From positions 635,399 through 685,516 of the forward strand of contig CT867986.1 of NCBI GenBank assembly GCA_000165425.1: DNA of 50,118 nucleotides. The letters are read 5' to 3'. The stretch's first letter is position 1. Each line of letters opens with the position of its first letter. Source of the stretch: Paramecium tetraurelia. Lineage: Eukaryota. This document shows, in pieces, positions 1 through 15,375 of this stretch. Both the position numbers and the translations under genes were made by a program. The notes under the pieces were generated by a model. The model was not told the origin of the DNA and made no database searches. It was given only the letters and a program-made list of their open reading frames with translations.

Positions 1-215
1 TTTTAACTATTTCTTACTTAAGGACTTCAAACGGAATTACCTAACATTCTACATATTCCAATAGGTAATTTATATTAAAAATGTAATTAAAATTAACAAA
101 AATGGCGTCAAATTGAAAGTTTGTAATTATATTATTTGTTTATATTTTCACTGGAAATTATATTTTATATTATAAAAACACAGTATAATTATGAAAAAAA
201 GATAATAATAAAAAT

Positions 216-656
216 ATGTAGGGCACAGTTTAATAAGTATTCTTGCAATTCACTGCAAATAAACCAGAAATGGATGGAAAAACCTTTGCTAAAGTTTCCA
301 AAGACTGTCATCTCCTAGATAAGAAATTGACATCTACAGATGTAGATTTAATCTTTGCTAAAATCAAACCTACACCAGCAGCTAGATCAATAACCTATGC
401 TTAATTTGAAAAGGGTTTATAAATGATGGCTGAAAAGAAGGGAGTTGGAATTCAAGATGTTCAGAATCAAATTCTTAATGCTGGTGGACCTCACTTTTAG
501 GGTACAAAAGCCGATGCTGTGAAATTCCATGACGATAAAAACCTATACACAGGAGTTCATGCAAATGGTGGACCATCAACAATAGATAAGAATCACGGGG
601 GTTTGAATACCATTTGTGACAGATCCTAAGCAGATGTGAGAGGAGTTAAAAAATGA
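216..656 (+). CDS. TPPP: Short-type TPPP / p25-alpha domain microtubule-binding protein (146 aa, intronless)
   Basis: Table 6 ORF ATG216-TGA656: MQGTVQQVFLQFTANKPEMDGKTFAKVSKDCHLLDKKLTSTDVDLIFAKIK...FHDDKNLYTGVHANGGPSTIDK...DRSQADVRGVKK. The MDGKTFAK..KDC, TDVDLIFAK and YTGVH..GGP motifs are p25alpha hallmarks. Confidence 0.92.
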
Positions 657-1146
657 TAATATTACATGATTATATTACACAATTAATTATTAAATAATAA
701 AGATTTACATTCTGAAAATATCAGTGATTTTATATTTCTAGAAAGAAATGTTTCTTAAATACTGTCTTCTATATCTGAGAATTTAACAGGAGTCTCTATT
801 TTAAAAGGAACCATGGATTTTAATTACCCTAGAATTACATTGTTGAATACGACTAATTTTATTCCTAAATATAAAGTTGTTAATTATTGTAAATGGTGGG
901 GTGGCCAACTAATAAATTAGATAGCAATAGAATAAATTATAAATATCAATTTTTAAAGTTATATTAATTATTTGGATGGATTCTTTATTTAATAAAAATT
1001 GATACCGGTCTTAATTCTCATATATGCGACTTATATGATGAATTCCTTAAGATACACTTTTGCTCAAATTGATATTTTTTTGAAAATTGTAAGGTTTTAT
1101 ATCATCTGTCATTATTTTTAATTCACTTATTTAATATTATAGAAAA

Positions 1147-2630
1147 ATGGATGAGAAAATTAAAGATTCTTTTTTTGATGATCCTGAAACTACCACCTTC
1201 TGGATTAATAGTAGTCTACCCAGTTAAGATTAAATTTTACATTTGCAAGATTCTATGTACATCTAAAAAGATTAAGAGTTTCACAAATGCACCTTAGGTA
1301 TTTAGTATCATAACTTACTTTATTTTAAACAATAAGTAAATTGTAAACAATAACTAATAGACTGTTTAAAAATGGGTTAATTTGAACAATTCTACAATGG
1401 AATACATCAAACATTAAACTGCAGGAGTGGGAATTAGAATTTCAAAACATAAACAATACTTCGAATTCTTCGGAGATGTTGAACCTTGGTATAATTATTT
1501 GAGATAATACTGTGTATAAAGAAATTTTTCCTAAAGTTACACTTTGTTAAAGAAGATAGGACAAGGAAATTTTGCAGAAGTAAATAATTTTCTTATTGTA
1601 GGTTTACAAGGCAACTAACAAATTGGATGGAGCTGAATATGCCATCAAATGCTTCAGAAAGAGTAAATTGAAGGAGAAAATTGATAGATTATCAATGATC
1701 AAAGAAATATCAATCATGAAGAAAATGTAACATGAGTCTGTCATTAAATTATACGAGGTTTATGAAGGACCGGAGTGTTTGTACTTGGTTTTGGAATATT
1801 TGAGAGGTGGAGAAATTTATTAGTATATCAAGAAGTCACATCCCTTTTCAGAAGAGAAATGCTAAAAATTAATCTATAGAATATTGAAAGCGGTTCATTC
1901 AATACATGAAAAGGGAGTATTACATAGAGATCTCAAACCTGAAAATATTATGCTAAGAAACAAAGATGATCTTGATAATATTTGCATTGGAGATTTTGGA
2001 TTGGCCGATTATTATTCTCCAAATGGTTAATATCTTTTTACTCGCTGTGGAACTCCAGGATATGTTGCCCCAGAATTATTATAAGATAAGCTCTATGATT
2101 ATAAAGTTGATATCTACAGCGTTGGAATACTCATGTTTATTTTGATTGCAGGTAAGTCACCATTCGATGGAAAAGACTATGACGATGTTGTGTTGAGAAA
2201 CTACTATGCTAAAGTTAAATTTGAAGATTGTAAATTAAGCGAGGTTGGCATGAATCTCTTAAAAGGTTTAATGAACAAAAACCCAATCGAAAGATTAAGT
2301 GCTGAAGATGCTTTAAATCATCAATGGTTTGTAAAAGAAAATTCAAATAAATGTTCTTAATTTAAAATTCGGAAATAGAACTATGTTCTTAAGAAATTGA
2401 CTCATGGTGAATTATAAATCAAAAAGAGTTCTACTCTTTCTACATAGTTTAGCCCTTAAAGTTCAATATCAAGTCTCAGTCCTTATGGAATAACCAAATA
2501 CAATCTGGATGATAGTCCAAAAAGTCCTAACACTCCAAATGCATTGCATCCCAGCTTAGCATCCAAAAGTACTGGAATGGCTTAATTAAGACCAGTTCGA
2601 CGTTCTTAATTTACTTTAAAATAAATATGA
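1147..2630 (+). CDS. Ser/Thr protein kinase, CAMK-like, with N-terminal PH-like region; canonical catalytic motifs
   Basis: [23 protein letters not shown] (1992-2000), [12 protein letters not shown]. Introns 1336-1360 (25 nt) and 1580-1601 (22 nt). TGA at 2628-2630. Confidence 0.92.
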
Positions 2631-3318
2631 TTTTAATAAAATTTATTGTTTAGAACAATCATATAATTTGTTAATAGAAATTCTTCAATAGTAAATTTAT
2701 TATAAATCTCTCCCGAAGATAAGATAAATTAGAGAGGGTTTTAATAATAACCAAAGATGAATATCATAATTAATGGAGATAATACTATTAAGAAAGTTTA
2801 AGATAAATTGAACATCACACTCAGATAAAATTAGATAGAGTCATATCTTATATTCCACTTAAACTTCAAATTTATAATAAAATCTAATTAAAGATATTAA
2901 AGAACAGTTATAAAAATATTCAAATTGATTATGTGATTCTGAGCATAATTTTAAGTAATATAAATAAATTTACTTATTAGTTCAATTAGAAATGTTATCT
3001 GAGTAATAAAAAGTCTTTAGGTTTATCAGCATTTGAAGAGAATACAAGAAAAAGGATTAAAAGTAAGATAATACAAGTGAACACTTATAAAATAGTAAAT
3101 ATAGGCAATATCCACCTAACAAGTTCTACATTACCCTTCATTATTATTTTGAACCCTCTAATATAAATTTTAGTCATTTTTTATTCAACTTATAAACACA
3201 ATTTTAAATATTTAACTAAATTTAACTTAAATGTTATCAAGAGATCATTGAGTTTTGGTATTTTATTAGAAATCTATATGAGTCAGCCCAAAAGAATAAC
3301 AATATAAAAATTCAATGA

Positions 3319-4418
3319 TCATGCTTCACTCTTTAATCTTTTTTCTTTTCCTTCACACCAATAGCTTTCATTTTAAACTCCATTTTTATCAATAAGGATT
3401 CCCTTCCCATGTTATTTTCCATCCCTAAATTCTCCTTTATAGATTGTTCCATCTGCCCATATGAATTCTCCTTCGCCATGTTTCAGATCAAAACAGTAGT
3501 ATCCCTTATACTCTCGTCCATCTGGCCAAATAAAATGACCCTTTCCATGCATTTTAAAATCCTTAAATTAACCTTTGTAGTTTCTGCCATCTTAGAATTT
3601 CAACTCTCCAAACCCTGTAATTGAATCATTTTCTAATTATCCTGTATAAATATCTCCATTGGCAAACTTGACTCTTCCCTATCCTTACTTCTTTCCTTAA
3701 AAGAAAGACCCTTCGTATTCTTAACCATCAACCAGAATTTCCCTTCCTTATCCATGCTAATAATTAGTTATCATTTACTTTTTAATCCTATAACCATTCT
3801 CCTTCATATCTAGATCCATCAAAGTCATAAAAGACTCCATAACCATTCGACATATTGTTTTTCCAATCACCCTCATATGCATTACCATTGGAGTGTATAA
3901 TTCTCCCTCTCCCATTTGCTTAATCAAACTTCCAATAACCCTCATAGATTGATCCATCAGCAAAATATTATTTCCCTCTACCATGTCTTAACCTGGATAA
4001 CCACTAACCAACATATATATTGCCTTAATTTCTTTTGTGTTCCTAAAATTACGCTTTAATAATCTACATGTGCAACAAAGAATCTACACTCATTAAATTC
4101 TTAAGGAAGCTTTTTATCGAATTTGAATTTCCCAAGCTTATTTTAGGTGATTAAAACATTTTATTCAATATGTTTAGGTTCTTTGCTCTAAAACCAAGTA
4201 TCACCTGGTCTCTCTTTCTCAGCTTCTTCCTTAATCTACGCTGCAACATTTTTTGCCTTCTTCTTTCTCATTGAAGATTAAATTTTGACAATTTCTTCTC
4301 GATACTCTTCAAAGTTGATTTGTTGTGGAACTAAAGTGGGCATCACAATTGGTTCAAATTGTCTATATTCTAAATTCTAGATCTCTCCTCCTTATTATTA
4401 TGAACAGCAAGTGCCCAT
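3319..4418 (-). CDS. MORN-repeat protein with N-terminal MGTCCS acylation motif and IQ-like motif
   Basis: Repeated Y.G.W..G..HG.G units (e.g. DGSRYEGEWLQDQKHGQG, DGRNYKGQFKDFKMHGKG) and IVKIQSSMRKKKAK. Removing introns 4043-4067 and 3757-3778 gives 351 codons. Confidence 0.9.
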
Positions 4419-5091
4419 GAATAATTATTTATATTAATAAATAAAGAATGGCAATGATACTTTATTTTATGTCATCCATCATTTGCTCATAAAATTACTT
4501 AGTAATATTAATATTATGTCTAACGTCACAATTACCCTTTCTTGTTTAATAGGATCTCAGAATGAGGAGTTTAAATTAATTATTAATCTACATTTTCTGC
4601 TTAACGTTGTTAACTTTGTTTACTATGCTAATTTTAAGTTCAATTTTATTCTGAAAATGGGAATTTTTTATTATTTTATCAACCCATCTCGTCGCTTTCT
4701 AAACAAATATGTCTTCCAATCATTTTGCACTTTCAATGCGTATGCCTTAATGGTTTTTTGAATTCTAAAATGGATGAATTATCAGTATCATATTCACAAT
4801 ATTTTAGATATAATAGAACCCTTCAAGGTATAAATGTTCTTATACTTAATTATTTTTATATTTTAAGATATTATCTTGGTATTTTATTTAGACTCAAAAC
4901 AAATCATCTATGATATTATTTCATTTTTGTGTAAATAATTTATTCATTGCAATAATAAATATTTGAAATTGAGAATATCATTCAAATATCTTTCAGCTTG
5001 CAAAATCATCACATTAGTTGATCAATATATTTGCTATAAAATAATTTTAAACATAGAGATTAATTAAATATTAAATTAATAATAAATCAAG

Positions 5092-6576
5092 TCACAAGTC
5101 ATTTTACTTAAATACTTTATTTATTAATTTTAACTTGTTTTTTTTCTTAATTGTATTAAGATGGCTGGTGAGGAGACATTAGGATTTGGGACTTGATGAG
5201 AGACTTTTTTCAGCAGAAGTAGAAGCATCTCGATTTATAGGTGGAAGTTTAACTGAATTATCTGAATTATCTAATTTTTCTCTTTCTGATTAACATGGAA
5301 CAAATTTGCTCATTCTTCTAGGAAGTTAGGGAAATTATTATTTAGAGACAAAATTTTAAGAATTTCTTGGTTTTTGGAGAATTCTAAATATATCCAAACC
5401 CAATATCTTTTCACAAGTCAAAAATTCGGTTTATATTTTGTGTTTGTCTGTAAAAATCATTTCAAAAAATCTTTAAAGTGGAAGTGATAATTCCATATAC
5501 TCTGTTTGAGTAATATATTGAAAATTCTTCATTAATAGTTCATCCACCACTTAATTCAAGTTATATACTTTTTTTGTAAAAACTGTCAACAAAATAGTAC
5601 TCAAGGAATATATGTCCCTTTTTATACACAGATTAACAATCCTTTCTTAATCTTAGTGATTATTTTAATTAAGACTGCAATTTTTTGAAGGTATTTGCAT
5701 AGCCTTTCCATAATTTATAAAACAGGCAGTTTTTAAATCTTATGGATCTCTAAGTAAGATGTTATCATATCTAATATCATTGTGATAAATATTATTTTTG
5801 TGAAGTGCATATAAACTATTGAAAAGAGAATGCATGAATTTAATCATTTCTTATTCTTTGAAGTGATTATTTAGAATCTCTTCTTTTATGGTGCCTCCTT
5901 CTAATAATTCAGTAATTATATATATGTTTTATTCTCCTTCATGAATTTCTTCTAATTTTAACAAATTATCATGATCTATTTATCTTAAGATACTTATCTC
6001 GTTCAAAAAGTAATCCTTCTCAAACTTACTGCATCTTGCTAGTACTGATTTTTTTACTATTTTAGCAGCAAACATCTACCCACTTATGCTATGCTGAATT
6101 TTATAGACCTAATGATAAATTACAAATTTTACAGATGATAAATTGCCACTACCAATTTTTTCTATTATTTGATATTTCTTTTAAAACTCTGATTAGATCA
6201 CATATTTCTTAATATTTTCTATTAATTCTAAGCTCGTCCCATAAAATTCAGCTTGTTGACCATTTTTACTTATTCTAAAACCAAATTACTAATTTTTTTA
6301 ATTCATGACAACTCTCAGATAAGCATTTTGAATGTGAATAAACTTAGCAGATTTCTAATTAATATTATGAGATTCAAATACTTCTTCAACGATTTTCAGA
6401 TAATCTTCTGCCCATAGAACATTTATCTAGGTAACCCTGTTGATATATTTCATTTGAAAACTTCCTTGATCATGAAATTGCAAATTTTCATTCACTAATT
6501 GCATAAATAGATGGTTTCCATCATTAAAAAATGTAGCTTTAGAATGATCAGATTGATATCCTCCATTTTGTTTCAT
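5092..6576 (-). CDS. CAMK-like kinase paralogue, probable pseudokinase (HND, NYG in place of DFG, no APE)
   Basis: IGSGNLSSVYKI, FAAK, IYHNDIRYDNILL, CFINYGK. Same N-terminal architecture as the kinase at 1147-2630. Two short GT-AG introns. Confidence 0.85.
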
Positions 6577-7600
6577 TAAAATATAATTAATTTGGATTCT
6601 ATCGGCAGTAATACGCTAAATACGATAAAATTAATAAATTTATATCAATGCAGCAATTATTTCTTAATTTAACCAAAATTTGTATCTAAACATCTCAGTA
6701 TAAATCAATATTTTATACATACCTATTATTACTGGTATTCTGATAATAATTATAAAATTGATCAAATAAATATGTATTATTTAAAACTGAATTATGATTA
6801 ATTCAGAATTATTAAAAAATATATCTGAAACTATTAAGGTGAAATTTAAGTAATTTTTATATAATTTTAGTAATCCTCTTTGAAGAATTTAGCATCAAAT
6901 TTATAAATTAATATATGAAGTAAAAGAATTAATATAAGATTAAAATCACTATATTTTGAAGTACATTGGTGATCAATAAACTCATATTGTTAAGTGAAGC
7001 TTAGAGTAAATATCTTTAAACCTAATGTGTAATTGAAACTCTTTATATGGCTTTTTTATGTCTAAACAAATTTTTTTCATAAAAAAGAGATTTTATTGAA
7101 TAATTCTATAATCTGTTATCAATTTATTATTTTAATTATCAAAAGAATATGCTATAGAGTCTCTGATATTAGACAACTACTTTGAGTAATATCTTCTATT
7201 CTTAACCTAACATTTAGAGTTATAATTGGACAATAAAATAATTTAATTTTCAATCTTGTTGAGAATTGACAAATTGATCAGTTTTGTAGTATTTTTACTT
7301 TACAGATAATAAGATTAGATTTATATATTTTGTATTCATTTTTTTTTTGTTCTCACTTTTTTATCTTAAATATTGAAATAATTAAACGGAAAATTTTCAA
7401 TTGAGACCAAAAATAACAATAAATATATGATTTATCTAAATTTTTTTATTTTGTCATATATCGATCCAAGTTCTATTGTATATTTGTATTAACCATTTAT
7501 TAAGTATTATCTTCTATTGTAATAAAATAATAATAAAACAGGAGTGTGATAATATATAGTTTTCAAAAAAGGATATAAATACAAAATAAATTATAAATAA

Positions 7601-9056
7601 TCAGTTGAATTAAAGTCTGTTAGTAAAACGATTACTATCAGATTAATGTTTTTAATTAGTTAACATTGTTTTAGATTGTTATCTAGGGGTTTAAGAAATT
7701 AAATTGTATTTTTTTTATGAAATTTAGGATAATTGGGGATTGGTTTCTTCAATGTTGGTTCTCTTACCTGATGTCAATTATTATGTATTCAAATGAGGTA
7801 CTGTTTATTTAGTAGTGAGACTATATAGGATGGGCTATTGTGTGATTGTCTGATCATAGGTATAACCATTAAATTAATCCTAAATTGATTGTCTTCTTAA
7901 CAATTATCCGTTCAATAAGTTAGACTCATAATCTTCATCTTCTTTCATATTTGCAAATTTGGCATCAAAATTATCATTGTTAATCTAAATATTTATTATA
8001 GAAATACATTTATGGAGTATTGTGGGGTAGCTGATTAATTCATATGACTATTCCAATCAATATCTCTAAACCATGGATGTGATTACACTTCCTCAGGACC
8101 ATTAAATCCTAGTCTATTCACAGGTTTCCTTTGCAAAGTTCTGTTGATAAAATCTGCTGCTTCTTCTGACCATCCTTTCGGTATCTAATTCAATTTAACC
8201 AAGACCTATTTAGCCAATATTTGATCTCTAATTTCTTTTCTAGTCTTCCCTAAGTATGGTCTCTACATACTCAGAATTTAATTACTTTTCCCATCATACA
8301 TTCGTAAGCTATGACTCCAACAGCAAAATAATCAGAAGCTACTCCATGAGCTTGTCGACACATAACTTCTGGAGCCATATAGCCAGGAGTTCCACTAGTG
8401 TCGTTGTCGTTGTCAGGTTTCCAAATTCTGGCTATGCCCAAATCTGTTAACCGTAAATAACCTATTAATCTTTAATATATTTTCATACCATTTCTATCAA
8501 ACACTAGGTTTTCTGGTTTAATATCTCTGTGCAATACTGTGTTAGTATGCAAATAATCCAATGCTAACAACAAACACACTATAAAAAATTCTTTTAAATA
8601 TTAGTTAATCTATACTTGTCTATTTTTCATCGAACTTTCTTTGTTTGCATAGATGATACCTTAGGTCACCACCTTGCATCAAATCCATTACTAAATATAA
8701 ATTTTCTCTGTCTTAAAACGCTGTATGCATATTTACTAAAAACCTAATTAGTGTAATTTTCTTACGGATGCCGTAAATTACTTAATAAATATCTTTCATT
8801 CATGACTGAACTAACACTTTTCTTATTAATTATCCTAATAATCCTAGTATATCTTTACTTGCATTTGTTCATTTCTTTGATTGCAAACTATTATTTCGAC
8901 TTTTTATTCTCAGCCTTCCAAACTCTTCCAAAACCACCTCTGCCAATAACAAAAAGCAATGCAAAATCAGCCTTACAAGGCACTAATGAAATTATTAGAT
9001 TAATTACACAAAGCATCATCAAAATTTACATCTTTGCTGTTATTACAATTTCCCAT
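7601..9056 (-). CDS. AGC-family Ser/Thr protein kinase with N-terminal MGNC motif
   Basis: IGRGGFGRVW, FAIKEM, HRDIKPEN, LTDLGIAR, TSGTPGYMAPE, RLGFNGPEEVQSHPWFRDIDW. Several 21-27 nt introns. Confidence 0.92.
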
Positions 9057-9301
9057 TTTTATAATTATAATATATACTTTAGAAAAAATTTAGAAAAATT
9101 ATTTATTTAAATAATAGATCTATAAATCGAGAATAAGCAATTATTTAAATTGATATAACCATTACGAGGAGATTCTGTATTTTATCATTTGAGATTCCAA
9201 AAAAAGGTTCAAAAATGCAAAAATAAATCATTTGGGTAATTATAAGATCGAATTTCATACAAATTTGATTATTTAAGTGATTAAATTATTTTTTTTTTAA
9301 T

Positions 9302-12300
9302 ATGATACTTGAATATGCTGTAATATATTTATCGATCAATAGCTAAATGAAGAGGATGATTATAAACGAATGACTAATATTACGAGAGGATGTTAATAAT
9401 TAGCATAATAATTGCCTTTTTATTCTAACTTTACAAACTCAAATCTAATTAGACAATGTAAATAAATTTTTTACTATTTGAGTATTTTGTTGTTATCCTT
9501 TTTAACAAGAGCCTGTAAAATTATTATTGTCAATAATGATGGACAGATTTCAAAATGTTGAATTTTTGAATAGTTTTTATAAAGGGTTACTAGAAATAGC
9601 ATTGCTTTAAGAATAGAAGGCAATGTTGAGCAGTAGATCGCCTGGGAGAGGCAGAAAAAGTTTTTCAAAGTACTTGAGCTATGATATTAGGAATATAAAA
9701 TGGATAGTAAGGCTTGGCAAAAAATGTTATTGAAAATCTAGTAATTTCCAAACAATTTGCAGTTTCATTTTTAAAGCCAATGTTCCTACTGGTGCAACAA
9801 CTAAGGTAGTCTCTAGAGAGTAGAAGTGGAATCTTCATGACCTTTATTTTTAATACCAGGGACGAATAAGTAATAAAATTGGTTGTGGACAATTTTGAAG
9901 AGTGTAAAAGTGAGATCTTTGGAGCATGTACTTGGGTAAACAGAATTGATGAATAGATAGTTTAATGTAAATAGAAATATCAGTTTTAGTTTTTTATTCA
10001 AATTAAATAATAAGGTCTTCAAACATTATTTAAGTGGATTAAGACGGTGTTGATGAACAATAAGAATCTTCTGAATCTTCAATTGAAATAGATCCAAATG
10101 AGGAAATATAAAAATGGATTTGTTAGAAGAACACACCTATGGTTAATGAATAATTAGATTACTTTCGAAGTTTTGAATATTTGGACTTAATTTTCAAATA
10201 TATGTTTGATCCTTGTCATTTCAGTGCAATACATGAATGGGTAAGTAATTGAATTTTCTATTTTTTAGGAACATCATTATGATGATATTTAAATCAAGCA
10301 CACTTAAAATTCAAGGAAATTAAATTAAAATAAAGATATAGATAAATTATTATTACTTCGCTCATTGAAGACTATAAAAATACTTATGCATGAAAACAAT
10401 TACCCAATCATTACTAAACTTGTACCTTAATTTCTATTTAAATTATGTATCTTATTTTTACTTATAATTAAGTTCATTATATTTACGATTCCTTAAATGA
10501 TTATGAAAGAAACATTGATTTAAATTAGATTGCATTTATCTTAGACTTTCTATTACAGACAAATCCTAGACAATCGATATTGATGATAGTAGAATTTAAT
10601 TTGATGTTTCAATTGGTTTCCATGATATATAATGAAAATATAGCCATGCTTGTATAGAGTATTGATTTATGATTATCATTAAGAAATAATCTCAGATGAA
10701 TATGATATGGGGAATTATGTGTTTGATCATCTTTGGTAATACTTAGATTGCACAAATTGGATTCAATATTTCCTAAGCATTGCCTTAACATTGTAAGTTG
10801 ATACATTCAGAGCAAATAAAAATAATCAAAGCGATAAAACAGTTTAAATCATAGGTTTATTAAAACAATAGATAAATTATGACAGATTAATTCATTAAGA
10901 AGAAATAAATGTGGACGAAAAGAAGTTGTTAACAGATTACTTAGGTTAATTACAAGCAGGAAAGAACTACATTTAGTTTTACAGTATGAATCAACTTAAT
11001 TGGCATATGAACTAAAATGTTAAAGAGAATATAACAGTAAGTGAACTATTGGGTAAGGATGTAGACAACTTAATGCAATTCAGAACAGAGAGACAGATGT
11101 ATTAATCAAAAGTTTAAATGTCAATAAGAGAAAAACTGTTTGTTCCTCAAATGACATAATAAGAAACAAAGTTTATTAGAGGAAATAGTAAAAGATAAAT
11201 AAAGGAAACTTTACAATAGAGGGAATTGACTAATAAATAAATTGCTCAAACTGTAAAATAATTGCCAAGGTTGACTATTGGAAATTAAGAGTTATCAAAA
11301 TGGATTAATGCAGGAAAGAATCAGATTAATCTTAGTGTTGCAATGTCTCCAAAGAGAACACCAAGAAGCTTTCAAATTAAAACTGAATAGAGCACTGATT
11401 TTTCTTCATTCTATGAAGGTTTTTCAAGTGGAAGACTAAAAGGATTGTATCCCAGTCCTAAGATCTCGATTTAATCTAGTAGTTTTGAAAGAAAAGCCAA
11501 AAAATTTCAATCAGATGTTAAACTTCTACCAAGTTGTATATCTATTTTAAAGTAGATAATACAGAGCATCTTCTAAAACATGATGAGTCTTACCTCATAG
11601 AATAAAAAATAAGCATAACGATTAAAAATTGAATAGGACAGCATTTTACCATCCTTTTTAAACAAGGAAATGTTGAGTTAATTATTCAGAGTTTATTTAT
11701 ATGACATCAATAATTAGGATAAAACGATATCAGATGCATCTTGTGAGTGTGGTTTGATTATAAATGAAATTTATTTAAATTGCAAATAGCATTCAGAACT
11801 TCACTAATATAAATCTCTTTTAAAGTCTTGTTTTTATGAAATTGGGGATTATATTTGTAAGGTTATAGTCAAATTGCATGATTCCGAATAACCATCAAAA
11901 TTTAAGAGGCATTTGCTAACATCTACACTACAAGAAGGTTTGATCCTATTTGGGGAATAATAAGACACTCCTAAGAATATATTTGGTATCTTAAATGAGA
12001 CTGCCCTACATTTACTGATAATTTGGTTCTTTGATAGCGATCAAGCTAATACCTACTAGTAAACATTTGTGAAGTATTTACATTTATTAATTTAAGGTTA
12101 TTTACGATAATATTTTCAAGAGCCCCTTAGTATTTGCTGGGGATAATCCTTTTTAAACTTGGATTGATTAGTTCTTTGTAAAATGCTTACTTTAATTTCT
12201 TCATAAACAGTGTAAAATTTACAACTGGAGCTGAAAGTCTTTTTTATTATGTTAGTGTAATGATATACGCCATTAAACGTTCTTTGCTAACTAGGAAGAC

Positions 12301-12649
12301 TGAATCTATCTTAAGTAACTTAGAACCTTTGAGTTCATGGAAACAATTCAAGGAAGTGGAAATAGATAATAACTCCAAATTTGTATAGCACATTGAATCC
12401 ATATTATAAGAGCATGATGGAAAAACTCCGAGATAAATTATAAAAAAGAAAACAATTACGATTCACTCTAAAAACGTTATGTAAAGTCGAAGATCATAGT
12501 TATAAATGCAATTTCAAAATAAGTAATTACATTAATTAAGGGTTAGGATTACAATGCAATAAACGACAAACGATATTGTAAATTTGATGAGAGTAAAGGA
12601 TAAATTACTTCATAATAAGAAAATTATGCCTTCATAAAATAATTAATGA
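9302..12649 (+). CDS. Large alpha-helical uncharacterised protein (about 1050 aa); C-terminal part weakly resembles SAPS/SIT4-phosphatase-associated proteins
   Basis: Long table 6 reading frame with multiple tiny introns, from ATG9302 (MILEYA|LNEEDDYKRM) to TGA12647-12649. The segment LLIIWFFDSDQANTYQQTFVK...LSSWKQF recalls the SAPS FF.Y..NN motif. The family call is tentative. Confidence 0.7.
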
Positions 12650-12666
12650 TTTTATTTATTTTAAAC

Positions 12667-14008
<1,342 letters not shown>

Positions 14009-14031
14009 TTAAATATTATATTATTATTAAA

Positions 14032-15375
14032 TCAATCAATATGATGCATCTCTTATACTGCCAATTAAAAGGCTTTTACAGATACTTTGTCATCATACGC
14101 ACTTTGCTTTAATTAATTATAAATTTCATTACAATTTCCCTTGCTCTTTTAAATATGCCTTCAAATTTTCCAATGCCATATTTAATCCCAATTGATTCAA
14201 AAATTTCCTTAATTTCTTTTTTTGTTCTCAAACGTAAAAAATCTTGTTCTGTTAATCCCATATGTGAAAACTTTTCAGGGAACAACAGAGCTACAGCAGG
14301 TACTTCATCACCATAATTTTGGGGATCTGCAACAGATTTCATTCCTTTTTTATTTATGTCATTTCTGATTGCAGGTACTCCAAAAGCCCTAGTTTCATCC
14401 CCTGGTTTCGGTTAATTTCTAAAGCCAAATTTCGTGGCTTTGCCTAAATCAAGATCAGGCTTAACTTCTTTTTAAGTAGGCTAACCATTTATGCATTGTC
14501 CAGCAGTCCATTATTCATCCTTTTTCATCTCCCCAAAAATCTATGGCATCCTGGGATTCAACTACGCTTGATTCTTCGGTTTTCCCAAAGGGTCCTCATT
14601 GTAATTCTTCCAATCTTCTTGATTCTTTGAGATTATAGTAGTCTTAGGATATTAATTCTAAGTGATTTCATGTTATAATATTTTCTTCATCTATTCCTAT
14701 TCTCTGTCTTCCTTTTTGCCAAATCTATAATCATTAGGATTGATCTTCCAATTATATTCTCTATTTTTCTATTCCCCTGCTTCAAAATTACCATGACTTT
14801 TCAAATACATCAATCTAGTTCTCTCCTCATCTCTCTTCGCATCTGGAGGAAATACAACCTCTTTAGCTGAATATTCAGATGGAGGAATCTTCTGACCAAA
14901 TGCAAATCCATCTGACTTAGCTTCTTCAGGCCAATTATAATTTCTAGTTGGCATTGTACCCAATGGCTCTTTGATATGAGATGCATATTTTTATTCATTA
15001 ATTTCATTGATCAATTCCCTTATTCCTTATGGCTATTGTCTAAATAATTCGCCAGCCTTGTCTGATAAATCAGTCTTTCTTCCATATACCCAATTTCCCT
15101 ATGGTTTTGGAGCATCAACTAATCCAGGATGTAACTAAAATTTAGTCTCTTTCTTACTATTGAACAGCCAAATTAATGCTTATAAGATTTTCTATATTTT
15201 TTTATATGAGGAGGAGTTTCAGGGACCTACGTAACTGACTAACATTACTTAATATTGAATTGGTTGTATACAAGCACCTGCGCTTTCTTCCTTCAAAACT
15301 GTTTTTCCAGCCTATAATAACACAAGTTGATACTGATTTCAAGGTCCCAAAATGATCTCTTGTTTTTCCTGACAT
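14032..15375 (-). CDS. EFHB: EFHB / CFAP21-like axonemal microtubule inner protein
   Basis: TPPHIKKYRKS, YASHIKEPLG, SAKEVVFP, MYLKSHGNFEAGEQKNREYNW, AFGVPAIRND, KSVADPQNYGDE...LLFP are motifs of the EFHB family. Confidence 0.82.
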
